Source: an uncultured Hyphomicrobiales bacterium
Lineage (GTDB): Bacteria; Bacteroidota; Ignavibacteria; Kapaibacteriales; UBA2268
Direction of reading: 5' to 3'
Assembly: GCA_964645005.1 (NCBI GenBank)
Contig: CAZXYS010000010.1
Coordinates: 10,709 to 74,708, forward strand
Length of the DNA: 64,000 bases
A program made the position numbers and the translations under genes. Of the stretch, positions 19,340 through 29,721 are shown piece by piece. The first letter of the stretch is position 1. Each line of letters begins with the position of its first letter. The notes beneath the pieces were generated by a model, which had not been told where the DNA came from, searched no databases, and worked only from the letters and a program-made list of their open reading frames with translations.

Positions 19340-19984
19340 CTATTCTTCTTTTTCTTCAGCTTCTTCTTTTTCTTCAGCTTCTTCGCCTTCTTCAAGTTCT
19401 TCGCCTTCTTCGGCGGCGGTAGTTTCTTCGAGGACACGCGGCTGAACAACGGAACATACAACTGAATCCGGAGAATAATCGTACTCGACATTTTCGGGCA
19501 TAACATCACCAAGATAGATTGAATCACCCATTCCAAGGTGCGTAATATCTACATCGATAAATTCCGGAAGATCCTTCGGTAAGCAGTACACTCTCAAACT
19601 TCTAAGTGTAGTATAAGTAATACCGCCAACTTTGGCGCCTTCAGGCGTTCCGCGAAGGACGATAGGTACTTTAACACTGAGTTTCTCTCCGCGTTTAACG
19701 CCCATCAGATCGAAATGAATCAGCTGGTCCGTAAGCGGATGGAAAGCTATATCTTTCAGCACACATTCTCTTTTATCATCTTTGCCTTCGATCTCAAGAT
19801 TAATGATTCTTGTAGTTGAAGTATAGACAATGGATCTCAAATCGAGGGGATTTGCGTATATAGGCATGGATTCTTCCCCGTGAAAATAAAACACTCCCGG
19901 AACGAAGCCATCCCTTCTCAACTGTCTGGCAGATGATTTGCCAATATCTCTTTTGCTAACTTTTAATGGTACTATTGCAGCCAT
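19340..19984 (-). CDS. rplY: 50S ribosomal protein bL25 / general stress protein Ctc
   Basis: GKSSARQLRRDGFVPGVFY, HPLTDQLIHFDL, acidic tail; adjacent to prs. Confidence 0.93.
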   Translation of the reverse strand: MAAIVPLKVSKRDIGKSSARQLRRDGFVPGVFYFHGEESMPIYANPLDLRSIVYTSTTRIINLEIEGKDDKRECVLKDIAFHPLTDQLIHFDLMGVKRGEKLSVKVPIVLRGTPEGAKVGGITYTTLRSLRVYCLPKDLPEFIDVDITHLGMGDSIYLGDVMPENVEYDYSPDSVVCSVVQPRVLEETTAAEEGEELEEGEEAEEKEEAEEKEE

Positions 19985-20008
19985 TCTATTTACCCTTTAT
20001 TTTTTGTT

Positions 20009-20944
20009 TTACCTTTCAATTTCAAATAATGAACTTATTGATCTATTGTCATGGGTTCTGATTATCGCTTCAGCAAGCAGTTCTGAGATTGATATAACGT
20101 CTATTTTTGTTGTATCTGTTTTTAAAGGTATTGTATCGGTACAAAAAATCTTCGTGACTGCATCGCATTCTTCTACTTTTTTTATAGCGTTACCGGAAAA
20201 AACCGGATGGACACACAGCCCGTAAATACTTTTTGCGCCTCTGTCCATCAATGCTTCGGCAGTCTTTACAAAAGTTGTACCCGTATCAATCATATCATCG
20301 ACGATTACAATATATTTATCTTTTATCTCGCCGATAATATTCATAACTTCCGCATCATTATGTGTGGGACGCCTTTTATCTATAAGTATCAAGTCAGCAC
20401 CCAGTCTTTTCGCATAAGCTCTTGCGGTTTTAAGTCCGCCGACATCCGGCGAAGCTATAGCAATTGGATCAAGCCGCAATTTTTTGATGGCTCGTATAAG
20501 TACAGGCGAAGCGTAAAGGTGATCCATAGGTATATCAAAAAATCCCTGAATCTGGGATGAATGCAGATCCAGTGTAATTATTCTGTCAGCGCCTGCGCGG
20601 CTCATCAGATTAGCAAGAAGTTTAGCCGTAATTGATACTCGGGGTTGGTCTTTCCTGTCCTGACGAGCATAACCATAGTACGGGATAACAGCAGTAACCC
20701 TTTTGCATGATGCTCTTTTTGCCGCATCAAGCAAAATTAGAAGCTCCATTATATTATCTGCAGGAGCCATTGTGGATTGAATGATAAACATGTCAACGCC
20801 GCGGACATTATCGTCATATTTAGCCCATATCTCGCCGTCACTAAAATTTCTTATCGTCGTACCGGCGAGGTCTAAACCCAGATGACCCGCTACTTTTTTC
20901 GCTAATGGCAGATTTGAACGCCCTGTTGCAACTTTTAGATCCAA
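20009..20944 (-). CDS. prs: Ribose-phosphate pyrophosphokinase
   Basis: FSDGE, PYYGYARQDRK, DLHSSQIQGFF, VDDMIDTGTT. Confidence 0.97.
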   Translation of the reverse strand: MDLKVATGRSNLPLAKKVAGHLGLDLAGTTIRNFSDGEIWAKYDDNVRGVDMFIIQSTMAPADNIMELLILLDAAKRASCKRVTAVIPYYGYARQDRKDQPRVSITAKLLANLMSRAGADRIITLDLHSSQIQGFFDIPMDHLYASPVLIRAIKKLRLDPIAIASPDVGGLKTARAYAKRLGADLILIDKRRPTHNDAEVMNIIGEIKDKYIVIVDDMIDTGTTFVKTAEALMDRGAKSIYGLCVHPVFSGNAIKKVEECDAVTKIFCTDTIPLKTDTTKIDVISISELLAEAIIRTHDNRSISSLFEIER

Positions 20945-20974
20945 TGTAACACCATTAATTTTAACTAAAAATTG

Positions 20975-21047
20975 CTGGGGCGGCAGGATTCGAACCTGCG
21001 CATGCCGGCTCCAAAGGCCGATGCCTTAACCACTTGGCTACGCCCCA
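20975..21047 (-). tRNA. tRNA-Gln(TTG)
   Basis: TGGGGCGTAGCCAAGTGGTTAAGGCATCGGCCTTTGGAGCCGGCATGCGCAGGTTCGAATCCTGCCGCCCCAG; cloverleaf with TTG anticodon; canonical position upstream of prs. Confidence 0.95.
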
Positions 21048-21069
21048 ACATGCTGATTTTCAGAGCTTA

Positions 21070-21077
21070 CAAAAATA
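21070..21077 (-). promoter_or_regulatory. TAnnTTTG -7 promoter element for tRNA-Gln-prs-rplY
   Basis: TATTTTTG on the minus strand ~22 nt upstream of the tRNA. Confidence 0.6.
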
Positions 21078-21194
21078 AGTGATTTAATTTTTTTTTACAA
21101 ATTTTTAAACGGTATTAGTCAGAATTATTTTATTTAAATATTTTAAACACTGGTAATTTTAGCGAGTTTGTCAATTTAATATGGAATAAGACAA

Positions 21195-22109
21195 TCAAAA
21201 ATCCATTTCACCTATTTCCCTCAAAGCGAGATAGGCAGCGCCAAAAACTCCTGCGGAGTCGCCAAGTTTCGCTTTAATTATGGGTGTTTCCTTACGAGGA
21301 GGACCAAATAGTGATTTCTGCATTATTTGAGGCACTTTATCGTACCAGATGCCCAAATTTGATATGCCGCCGCCTAATATTATGGCTTCCAAATCCAGAT
21401 AATTGACGGCATTCGCAAATATTTGTGCCATGATCTCGCAGCTTTCGTCGAAAAGTATCCTGGCTTTGGGTTCTTGTTTTTGATACAAGTTGTAAATATC
21501 GCGAATCTTTAAATTTTTGCCTGTCAACTCGGAATAACGCCGCGCTAAACTTGGACCGGATAGATAAGCCTCGCCGCAACCCTGTCTGCCGCACTGGCAC
21601 TGCCTGCCGTAGATATCTATCGATGTATGCCCTATCTCGCCGGCGCCCATTTTTGCGCCGTGATAGAGTTTATTGTCAAGTATCAAGCCGCTGCCCATAC
21701 CGGTTCCTAGTATAACAGCCATGACGTATTCGTATTTACCATAGTATGCAGCGAAAAACTCTGCGAGAGCAAGACAATTGGCGTCATTGTCGATGATTAC
21801 GGGTACATCAAAATTCTCAATGAGTTGAGGAATGAATTTCGATTCTTCATATTCCTGCGTATGTGGGACGCCATAAATTATTTGTTTATCATGTAAATAC
21901 GTACCGGGTGTTCCGATACCGATTGCTGAAACCCTGTAACCTTTGGAGATTTTATTAACGAGTCCGACAATATTCTTTATAACTTTCCCAGTACCTCTTC
22001 TGGGTTCGGAGTCAACACGGTCACGAGCTATTTCGTTCCGATCATTGTCAATCAAACAGGCTTCGGTTTTGGTACCGCCAAGGTCAATTCCAATTACATG
22101 TTTTTTCAT
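21195..22109 (-). CDS. ROK family sugar kinase
   Basis: GIDLGGTK, DNDANCLALAE, LGTGMGSG, GEIGH, CQCGRQGC. Confidence 0.9.
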   Translation of the reverse strand: MKKHVIGIDLGGTKTEACLIDNDRNEIARDRVDSEPRRGTGKVIKNIVGLVNKISKGYRVSAIGIGTPGTYLHDKQIIYGVPHTQEYEESKFIPQLIENFDVPVIIDNDANCLALAEFFAAYYGKYEYVMAVILGTGMGSGLILDNKLYHGAKMGAGEIGHTSIDIYGRQCQCGRQGCGEAYLSGPSLARRYSELTGKNLKIRDIYNLYQKQEPKARILFDESCEIMAQIFANAVNYLDLEAIILGGGISNLGIWYDKVPQIMQKSLFGPPRKETPIIKAKLGDSAGVFGAAYLALREIGEMDF

Positions 22110-22273
22110 AGATTTATTTCAAATAATTAATAATTCTTTTTTTATAATATAAAAAAAAATGTTGAAACTTTTCAGTAATTGATGTGCCAATGTGAAAAAG
22201 GATAAAGTAATCTATCTAAATCTATTGGAAACTTATTTGAAACAACTATAATTTCGATACAATAAACTAGTCG

Positions 22274-22537
22274 ATGAGAATGAAGATTAAGATCTATTAT
22301 GAGACGGAATATTTGAGAGGCACTTTTGAGCTGCTCGGTATATGCAGGGAAGGAGGCGCGAGGTTGCTTAATCCTGACCAATGTTCTCGGCGAAAAAGTA
22401 ACCACTATCTTCGAAAAAATCCCAAACCTCAGAAAAAGTTATTTAGGATTTATGTGGGAGATCTGACGGCAGGTACATATATTCTTATGCAGCAAATTCC
22501 TTCGATAGTGAAAACGAAAAGGCTGGATATTATTTAA
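22274..22537 (+). pseudogene. Decayed T9SS-CTD gene remnant
   Basis: Ends 'DLTAGTYIL...KTKRLDII'. The CTD segment 'LTNVLGEKVTTI' lies in a different frame at ~22375-22410. Confidence 0.5.
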
Positions 22538-22886
22538 TAATCCCAATTAATTCATGCAGTTCAGTACATTTATAATTTAGTACTCTATTTCTTTATAGAG
22601 AATGGGCTTTTCACTTTTTTAGAATTACATGCATCTCTGTTCCCAAGAGATACAAAAAATTTTGAGTGGGAGTAGTTAATATACAATTACCTGTTTTAGC
22701 TATATTATATGATACGTGAGAATTCCACATTTGACAAAATATGGCTTATCAATAAACATGATTTTCCCGCTCCTGAAAATTGATCTGTACCATATTAACA
22801 TAACTTCCTAAATTTTTCTGATTTTTGATAACATTTTCCTTATAAATCCGTAATTACGGTATATTTTTAAAAAATTTAATTTGAAT

Positions 22887-23807
22887 ATGGAAATACTAAA
22901 TCTACAAAATGTAACCAAAAGATTCGGCAATTACGCCGCAGTCAACGATGTTTCCTTCTCGGTGGATTCCGGCAGGATACTTGGTCTGCTCGGTCCCAAC
23001 GGCGCCGGCAAGACCACGACTATCCGCATGATAACCAATATTTACACACCGGACGAGGGAACTATCACTATAAAGGGGGAATCCGTCGGTCCGGCGCACC
23101 AGAACATCATTGGCTATCTGCCGGAAGAGCGCGGCTTGTACAAAAAGATCAAAGTTATCGACCAACTGGCTTATTTCGGGCAGTTAAAGGGGCTTTCGCG
23201 GCAGGAAGCGGTCAACGGCGCCAGATACTGGCTGCGCAAGCTCGACGCCGCCGACTGGGAAAGCAAAAAGATCCAGGAATTATCCAAAGGCATGCAGCAA
23301 AAAATACAGTTCATTTCCACTATCCTTCACGATCCCGATATACTTATACTCGACGAGCTCTTTTCCGGCTTCGATCCTATAAATGTCGAGGTGCTGAAGA
23401 GCATCATTGCAGATCTGAAGCAGGCTGGCAAGACTATCCTGCTGTCCACTCACGTCATGGAACAGGTCGAGAAAGTCTGCGACGATATCTGCCTGATAAA
23501 CAAGGGCAGGATTGTCCTGTCCGGCAACATGCGCGAGATAAAAAAGAGCTTTGGGCGGGACACTGTGCTGATGGAATACGACGGCGATGATTCCTTCCTG
23601 AATAACTTCAGCGGCATTCAATTCATCAATCGCTCTAAGAACAGGGCGGAATTCAGGATAAAGGATTCGCAGGCTAATTCGAAAGATATACTTAATGCGG
23701 CTATGCAAAATGTAGATCTGATAAAGTATGAACTTGTGGAACCGAGTCTTCACGAAATTTTCATAGATGTTGTAAGCGAACGGGGGGAATACAATGGCAA
23801 ACAGTAA
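22887..23807 (+). CDS. ABC transporter ATP-binding protein (NatA/YhaQ-like)
   Basis: GPNGAGKTT, LSKGMQQK, ILDE, STH. Confidence 0.92.
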   Translation: MEILNLQNVTKRFGNYAAVNDVSFSVDSGRILGLLGPNGAGKTTTIRMITNIYTPDEGTITIKGESVGPAHQNIIGYLPEERGLYKKIKVIDQLAYFGQLKGLSRQEAVNGARYWLRKLDAADWESKKIQELSKGMQQKIQFISTILHDPDILILDELFSGFDPINVEVLKSIIADLKQAGKTILLSTHVMEQVEKVCDDICLINKGRIVLSGNMREIKKSFGRDTVLMEYDGDDSFLNNFSGIQFINRSKNRAEFRIKDSQANSKDILNAAMQNVDLIKYELVEPSLHEIFIDVVSERGEYNGKQ

Positions 23808-25122
23808 CCGCACTTCAAAAATCGGAACAATTGTACGCCACGAATACACAACCAAAGTAAAATCCAAGTGGTTCATCATCGGAACATTGATAGGACCATT
23901 GGGAATACTTCTCTTTCTCGGCGTAATAGTATTGATAACAGTTTTGTCAATGGACGAAACATCCAGAAAACTCGCCATAGTTGACAAATCCGGCGAAATC
24001 GGCAGAAAACTCGAACAAACCGACACTTCAAAATACTACATCGTTGATAAAACACCGGAGCAGTTAAATCAGCAAATTCTCGACGGCGAGATAGACGGCT
24101 ACATAGTCCTGCACGAAGACATACTAAATACAGGGGAAGCCGCCGTTTACAGCAAAGGCGGCGGCGGTATCGGCTTTATTTCCGCGCTGGAAGGCAACCT
24201 CAAGCACATCCTGAGACGCGAACGCCTCATCAATTCCGGCGCCGACGAAAGAGTCCTCGAACTCGTCGAAAAAGGCGTCTCTATAAACACCCAAAAAATC
24301 ACTAAAGAAGGCGCCCAGGAAGATTACACCGCTGCTTACACCGGCTTGGGTTATGTGCTGAGCTTTGCAATGTACATTCTGATGCTGTTGTACGGCAGCT
24401 TTGTCTCTCGGGGCGTCATCGAGGAAAAAGCGAACAGAATTGTGGAAGTAATTGCCTCATCAGCGCGCCCATTCGAGATAATGTTCGGCAAGGTCGTCGG
24501 CATCGGCGCTTCAGGGCTGACGCAGGTAATCTTCTGGCTGATACTTTCTGTCATATTGATCTTCGCCGCAGGACCAATTGTCGGGATGTTCATCGAATCG
24601 CCGGAAGCCATGACCGAAGCTATGGGTCCCGCAGCCGCAGGCGGTGCAGGCATGCCGCAGGATCAGGAAAAGATATTCGAGATCATTAATGCATTCAAAT
24701 CAGTCTCACCCTGGCTGGCGGTGGGCTTCCTGTTCTACTTCCTTTCAGGCTATTTCATTTACGCTACGTTATTCGCGGCGATAGGTTCCGCAGTAGATCA
24801 GGAACAGGATGCAGCCCAGCTTCAGACACCGGTCACATTTTTGATAATTATCCCTATGCTTTTCATAAGCCCGGTGATGAATAACCCTGATGGCACATTG
24901 GCAGTGGGTTTATCGCTATTCCCATTTTTCACACCGATAATCATGATGCTGCGAATAGCTGCAACAAATGTACCCTTATGGCAAATAGCGCTATCGGTTG
25001 TACTAATGACAGGCACTTTCCTCGGCGCATTATGGGTATCCGGCAAAATATACCGGATAGGAATACTTATGACCGGTCAAAAACCGAAAATAGGCGAAAT
25101 GATTAAGTGGCTGAAGGCATAA
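23794..25122 (+). CDS. ABC-2 type permease (NatB/YhaP-like)
   Basis: EEKANRIVEVI...GKVVGI, multiple TM helices, overlaps the ATPase stop. Confidence 0.9.
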   Translation: MANSNRTSKIGTIVRHEYTTKVKSKWFIIGTLIGPLGILLFLGVIVLITVLSMDETSRKLAIVDKSGEIGRKLEQTDTSKYYIVDKTPEQLNQQILDGEIDGYIVLHEDILNTGEAAVYSKGGGGIGFISALEGNLKHILRRERLINSGADERVLELVEKGVSINTQKITKEGAQEDYTAAYTGLGYVLSFAMYILMLLYGSFVSRGVIEEKANRIVEVIASSARPFEIMFGKVVGIGASGLTQVIFWLILSVILIFAAGPIVGMFIESPEAMTEAMGPAAAGGAGMPQDQEKIFEIINAFKSVSPWLAVGFLFYFLSGYFIYATLFAAIGSAVDQEQDAAQLQTPVTFLIIIPMLFISPVMNNPDGTLAVGLSLFPFFTPIIMMLRIAATNVPLWQIALSVVLMTGTFLGALWVSGKIYRIGILMTGQKPKIGEMIKWLKA

Positions 25123-25259
25123 ATAAAAACACATGTCATTTTTATGTACTGCACACCAGCGGAAAAATGAATAAAGGCAAGTTTATAAAGTGTAATAATC
25201 AATGAAAACTTCAATTTTATATTAACCCGGATTTTGCATTACATAAACAATCTTTTGTT

Positions 25260-25364
25260 CCCCCCTCATCCTCAGCCCATCTCCCGGCGGGTGAAGGGTG
25301 TAAGAATTTCTCATTACACTGAAATTCTCTTCTCCACTTGGGAGAAGGGATTTAATGATGAGGG
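25260..25364. repeat. REP-like palindromic element (CCCCTCATC...GATGAGGG; TCTCC/GGGAGAAGGG family)
   Basis: Outer inverted repeat CCCTCATC/GATGAGGG enclosing two degenerate CTTCTCC..GGAGAAGGG palindromes. Confidence 0.6.
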
Positions 25365-25530
25365 AAATTTTATAATGAATTTTCCGGGATTAAGATATGG
25401 AGTGCCCTCAAATCCCAGATTCCCGCATTTCCATTCAATTTAAATTAAAACTTCAAATTTAGACCTCTCAAAAACCAGTAACGAAACTTTTGAGCACAGA
25501 TATTCTATGAACACAAAAAGCAGATTAGTT

Positions 25531-26214
25531 TTAAATATCCGGATCTTTCCGCTTCATCTTCGGCTGGAATTCCCTGACATAGAGCGGTGTGAACTTCTCC
25601 GGATCGGTGAATTGATTTTTTTGGTAGAGGGTATAGGCATGTTTTGCGATATATTCGGCGGAAAGGCTGCACAGTATTCCCGGCTGCCGTATGTCTTCGA
25701 GCATACACGATCCCGGTCCGCAGACCAGCGTATCCTTCAGCTTCAGTATATCGACATCCTTGAATTCCTTCTGCTCAATTTCATCGATAGGCTCGGCAGA
25801 GTGGTCATATTCGCGAAGATATATATGATCTTTATAAGCCTGGATTATCACGACGATCTTCTCGAAGCCGGAAATCTCGTGATACTTCCATGCTTCCTTA
25901 GCAAGCGCATCCATAGTCGGTACGGCGATAAATTTCGGCTGACCGCCATAGCAGAGCGCTTTCGCGATACTTCCGCCAATCCTGAGCCCGGTGAACGAGC
26001 CCGGACCCGCCGAGGCAGCTACGGCATCCAGATCATCAGTCCTGAGTTCCTTATCTGCGAGGGCGCGCCGCACATTCTCTGCTAACATCTTATCATGGAC
26101 ATTCCGCCCGAATATAGAATAGTTGGCAAGAATTTTTTCACCCTCGGAAAGAACGACACCACAGGTCTCACCGGAACTTTCGAGAGAGAGTATTTTAGGA
26201 TTGCTATCTGACAT
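25531..26214 (-). CDS. tsaB: tRNA threonylcarbamoyladenosine biosynthesis protein TsaB
   Basis: ILSLESS, GPGSFTGLRIG, C-terminal PLYVR. Confidence 0.92.
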   Translation of the reverse strand: MSDSNPKILSLESSGETCGVVLSEGEKILANYSIFGRNVHDKMLAENVRRALADKELRTDDLDAVAASAGPGSFTGLRIGGSIAKALCYGGQPKFIAVPTMDALAKEAWKYHEISGFEKIVVIIQAYKDHIYLREYDHSAEPIDEIEQKEFKDVDILKLKDTLVCGPGSCMLEDIRQPGILCSLSAEYIAKHAYTLYQKNQFTDPEKFTPLYVREFQPKMKRKDPDI

Positions 26215-26223
26215 AGTACCGCC

Positions 26224-27132
26224 TTAGTAGTCTAAAATATCCTGTTTGTCTTCTTCTTTGAGAGCGTCGACCTTGATCGTCGGATTTATCTTCAGATTTT
26301 TCCTGATCGACCTCTCTAATTGTTGGACGATTTTATGGACATCATATAATTGAGTGTTGCCGGGTAATTTTATATGAAAAGTCAACTCCTTATGATCGCC
26401 ATACTTATGCAAATGAAAATGATGTGGATAAACATTATCTTCCACACTGCAATCGATTACTTCATTGATTTGTTTAAGCAAGTCTTCTTCCGGGCTGTCA
26501 CCAATCAAAGAACTGACGGTATTCTTGAAAATATCGAATGCAGCGTAAAGGATCATCGCAGCAACAATAATGCCCAGCACCCCGTCAATCCACCAGTATT
26601 GCGACGAAAAGAAAATTCCTATCAGGATTATCAGAGAAGAAAAGGCGTCCGTACGATGATGCCAGCCATCCGCCCGCAGCGATTGTGATTCTGCTTTTTT
26701 ACTCGCCCAAAGCGCATATTGAGCAATACCTTCTTTTCCAACAATAGAAATGATAGTTACGACAATAGCAAGTGTACCGAAATTCGCACTCTGCTGATCA
26801 ACCAATTTTTCAATCGATTTCGAGAAAAAGCTAACACCAATAAATGCAAGGAAAATACCGATAAAAACTGAAGATATCAACTCAATCCTGCCGTGCCCGA
26901 AGGGATGTTCCTGATCAGCCGGCTTCTTCGACAATTTGAAACCGACCATGACTGCAATCGAGGTAATAGAATCGGAAAGGGTATGCCACGCATCCGTTAT
27001 CAGGGCGATGGACCCGGAAACAATACCCGCCCAGTACTTAAGCACGAACAGGACAACATTCACAATAAGAGAGATTATCCCTTCCGTGTATCCATAAAAT
27101 GAAGAATCTCTATGTTTCTTGCTCTTTGACAA
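26224..27132 (-). CDS. Cation diffusion facilitator (FieF-like) transporter
   Basis: DAWHTLSD, HPFGHGRIE, ADGWHHRTD. Confidence 0.92.
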   Translation of the reverse strand: MSKSKKHRDSSFYGYTEGIISLIVNVVLFVLKYWAGIVSGSIALITDAWHTLSDSITSIAVMVGFKLSKKPADQEHPFGHGRIELISSVFIGIFLAFIGVSFFSKSIEKLVDQQSANFGTLAIVVTIISIVGKEGIAQYALWASKKAESQSLRADGWHHRTDAFSSLIILIGIFFSSQYWWIDGVLGIIVAAMILYAAFDIFKNTVSSLIGDSPEEDLLKQINEVIDCSVEDNVYPHHFHLHKYGDHKELTFHIKLPGNTQLYDVHKIVQQLERSIRKNLKINPTIKVDALKEEDKQDILDY

Positions 27133-27333
27133 TCTAACAGAATATTATAATTGCTTTAGTCAGAGTATTTATTAAAAACACAACGATTTGGAACCCGGTT
27201 CCAATTATTAATAGACTTAAAAAAATAGCATCCATGTATTTAATCATATTATCATGGATAACTATTTGTTAATGAGTTCATTATCAAAATTAACAATAAA
27301 TAAGGAAATTTCACAGTTAGATGAAATAAAAAA

Positions 27334-27363
27334 TCCCCCTCACTTTGAGGGGGATCAAGGGAG
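27334..27363. repeat. Degenerate REP-like palindrome (CCCCCTC..GAGGGGG..AGGGAG)
   Basis: TCCCCCTCACTTTGAGGGGGATCAAGGGAG, same architecture as the copies at 51000, 52348 and 56625. Confidence 0.5.
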
Positions 27364-27426
27364 TTGCATATGAGTTTATCAAAAACCGCTATGCCTTGAT
27401 ATAAACGTTTTCATCGGAAACCTATT

Positions 27427-27996
27427 TCATGTGCGTAAGTGATTATATTTAAAGCAGTTAACTGTATGATCGTTGACCATCCCCGAAGCCTGCATGAATG
27501 CATAACAGATAGTCGGTCCGGCAAATTTGAATCCACGGGATCTAAGGTCTGTACTCATTCTATCGGATTCCGCCGAAGTGGCAGGAATCTCATTCCACGA
27601 TCTATACTCATTCTGTATGATTTTACCATCAGTGAACTGCCAGATATACTCGTCAAACGAACCGAATTCTTCTTTTATATCAAGATAAATCTGCGCATTT
27701 GATATAGCTGCGTTTATCTTCTGCATATTCCTTATAATACCTTTATTATCAAGCAATTCGGCAATCTTCTTATCATTATATTTTACAATTTTCCCAGCAT
27801 CGAAATAATCAAAAGCTTTTCTGAAATTTTCACGCTTTTTCAAAATAACAGCCCAGCTAAGGCCCGCCTGAAATCCATCAAGAATTAGGAACTCAAATAG
27901 CTTCCGGTCGTCGTGCAGCGGCACCCCCCATTCTTCATCATGATATCTTATCAGCAGATCATCGCCTACAGCCCAATCGCATCGTCTTTTTTCCAT
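27427..27996 (-). CDS. tag: DNA-3-methyladenine glycosylase I
   Basis: RCDWA, YHDEEWG, FQAGLSW, GIIRN, GPTICYAFMQASGMVNDH. Confidence 0.95.
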   Translation of the reverse strand: MEKRRCDWAVGDDLLIRYHDEEWGVPLHDDRKLFEFLILDGFQAGLSWAVILKKRENFRKAFDYFDAGKIVKYNDKKIAELLDNKGIIRNMQKINAAISNAQIYLDIKEEFGSFDEYIWQFTDGKIIQNEYRSWNEIPATSAESDRMSTDLRSRGFKFAGPTICYAFMQASGMVNDHTVNCFKYNHLRT

Positions 27997-28132
27997 GATA
28001 AATTCATTTATTTGATTAACATATTTACTCTATTTCTATTTAAACAATGTGTTAAATTATTTTTAAAGATACACAATTATATTTATTTTAATATGTTAAT
28101 ATTAAAGAATAAATAATAAAGAGGAATTTCTT

Positions 28133-28354
28133 ATGGCTTTGACCTATTCAAGTTACTTGAACATAGATGAATTGTTGTCTTTACAACAGATGCAGTCCGG
28201 GGGGGAAGATCATGATGAGATGCTGTTTATAATCATCCACCAGATTTATGAACCCTGGTTCAAGGAAATTTTACACGAGATAGATTTCCTTAAACAAAAA
28301 CTAACAGAAAATGATTCATGGATTGTCAGAACAGAATTTGAGAGAAATAAATAA
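28133..28354 (+). pseudogene. kynA: Tryptophan 2,3-dioxygenase, internally deleted
   Basis: N-terminal TYSSYL..DELLSLQ..HDEMLFIIIHQ.YE.WFK is joined directly to a TDO-like C-terminus WIVRTEF. Only 73 aa; lies upstream of kynureninase. Confidence 0.8.
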
Positions 28355-28366
28355 AATGGATAAGTA

Positions 28367-29578
28367 ATGTACAAACCCAAGGAATTATATAAACATCCAA
28401 ATGAATTAGCTCAGCATTACAAAAGATTCAACGTTGAAAAAAGACTGCTGCTGACGGGGCATTCCCATCAGGCATGGCCCGATTGTGCATTTGACGGACA
28501 GATTAAAGCAATAGAGGATGCTGCGATTTATGTCGATGAAAAATGGAATGAAGCTTTTAATAAAGCGGAAAAAGTAAAATCCGGGTATGCTCGTTTGATT
28601 GATGACTATCCTGAAAACATTGCCCTGGGACAGAACACTCACCAGTTGGTTGTTCGTTTTCTATCAGGATTGCCATTAAGGGAAAAACCAAGAATTATTA
28701 CCACAGTTGGTGAATTCCATTCCATACGCCGTCAGTTGGAGCGGCTGGAAGAAGAAGGTATAGAAATTGTCCGAGTTCAGACCAAGCCGGTAACCGATGT
28801 TATCGGCAAAATTATTGAACATGTTAATGATCGGACTGCAGCAGTAATGGTCTCCTCCGTACTATTCCAAAGCGGTTTGATAATACCCGGACTTCATGAA
28901 TTGCAGCCTGTCTGCGAAAAATATGGTGCTGAATTGCTTATTGATGCCTACCATTCTGTTAATGTTGTGCCATTTTCAGTTAAGGAGTTAAAATTGGTTA
29001 ATTCATTTGTAGTGGGCGGTGGATATAAATATTGCCAGCTTGGTGAAGGCAGCTGCTTCATGAGGGTGCCGCCGGATTGCAGCATGCGTCCTGTAGTCAC
29101 GGGCTGGTTTGCCGAATTCTCACAATTAACTGAAGGCAAAGAAGATAATAAGGTTTTCTATGGCAAAAGCGCAGACAGATTTGCAGGCTCAACCTATGAT
29201 CCGGTAAGTCACTACAGGGCTTCGGAGGTTTTTGATTTTTTTGAAAGAAAAGAAATGACCCCTGAATTTCTCAGGGAAATCAATACGCATCAAACTTCGC
29301 TTTTAGCCGGGGAATTTGACGAATTAGATTTAGATCAAAGTATAATATCAAGGAACAGATCACTAAGACCGGATTTAAGAGGCGGTTTCCTGGTTTTGGA
29401 AACTAACAGGGCTGAGGAAATTTGTATGCTGCTAAGGAAGAACGGTGTTCTTACTGATTTCAGAAGTGATTCTCTTCGTTTTGGACCGGCTCCTTATTTA
29501 TCTGACAAACAATTAATCAGCTCAATGGAAATACTCGGAAGAGTTGTAAAATTTTTACCGCAAAAAGTAATTTTTTGA
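28367..29578 (+). CDS. kynU: Kynureninase (PLP-dependent class V aminotransferase fold)
   Basis: DAYHS, GGGYKYCQLGEG, TGWF, TDFR..LRFGPAPY; adjacent to the kynA remnant. Confidence 0.85.
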   Translation: MYKPKELYKHPNELAQHYKRFNVEKRLLLTGHSHQAWPDCAFDGQIKAIEDAAIYVDEKWNEAFNKAEKVKSGYARLIDDYPENIALGQNTHQLVVRFLSGLPLREKPRIITTVGEFHSIRRQLERLEEEGIEIVRVQTKPVTDVIGKIIEHVNDRTAAVMVSSVLFQSGLIIPGLHELQPVCEKYGAELLIDAYHSVNVVPFSVKELKLVNSFVVGGGYKYCQLGEGSCFMRVPPDCSMRPVVTGWFAEFSQLTEGKEDNKVFYGKSADRFAGSTYDPVSHYRASEVFDFFERKEMTPEFLREINTHQTSLLAGEFDELDLDQSIISRNRSLRPDLRGGFLVLETNRAEEICMLLRKNGVLTDFRSDSLRFGPAPYLSDKQLISSMEILGRVVKFLPQKVIF

Positions 29579-29721
29579 TGTTAAAGTTATATTCTGATTA
29601 AATATTTGTTAAGAATATGTAGGTTTCAAGAGAGAATTGATAGTAAACTATACAATGATTACAAACATAAAAAATGTATTTAAAAATTATTTGTGAAAAA
29701 AATTTAAAAAGTTTTAAAAAA

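Noticed and set aside
19180..19340. Absence of pth downstream of rplY
   Set aside because: Gene order here commonly varies; pth may be elsewhere in the genome.
20975..21047. tRNA-Gln as an integration site
   Set aside because: Canonical tRNA-prs-rplY context; no duplicated 3' end and no integrase.
23280..24026. 248-aa minus-strand ORF
   Set aside because: Antisense to the ABC transporter genes.
25507..26085. 192-aa plus-strand ORF
   Set aside because: Antisense to tsaB.
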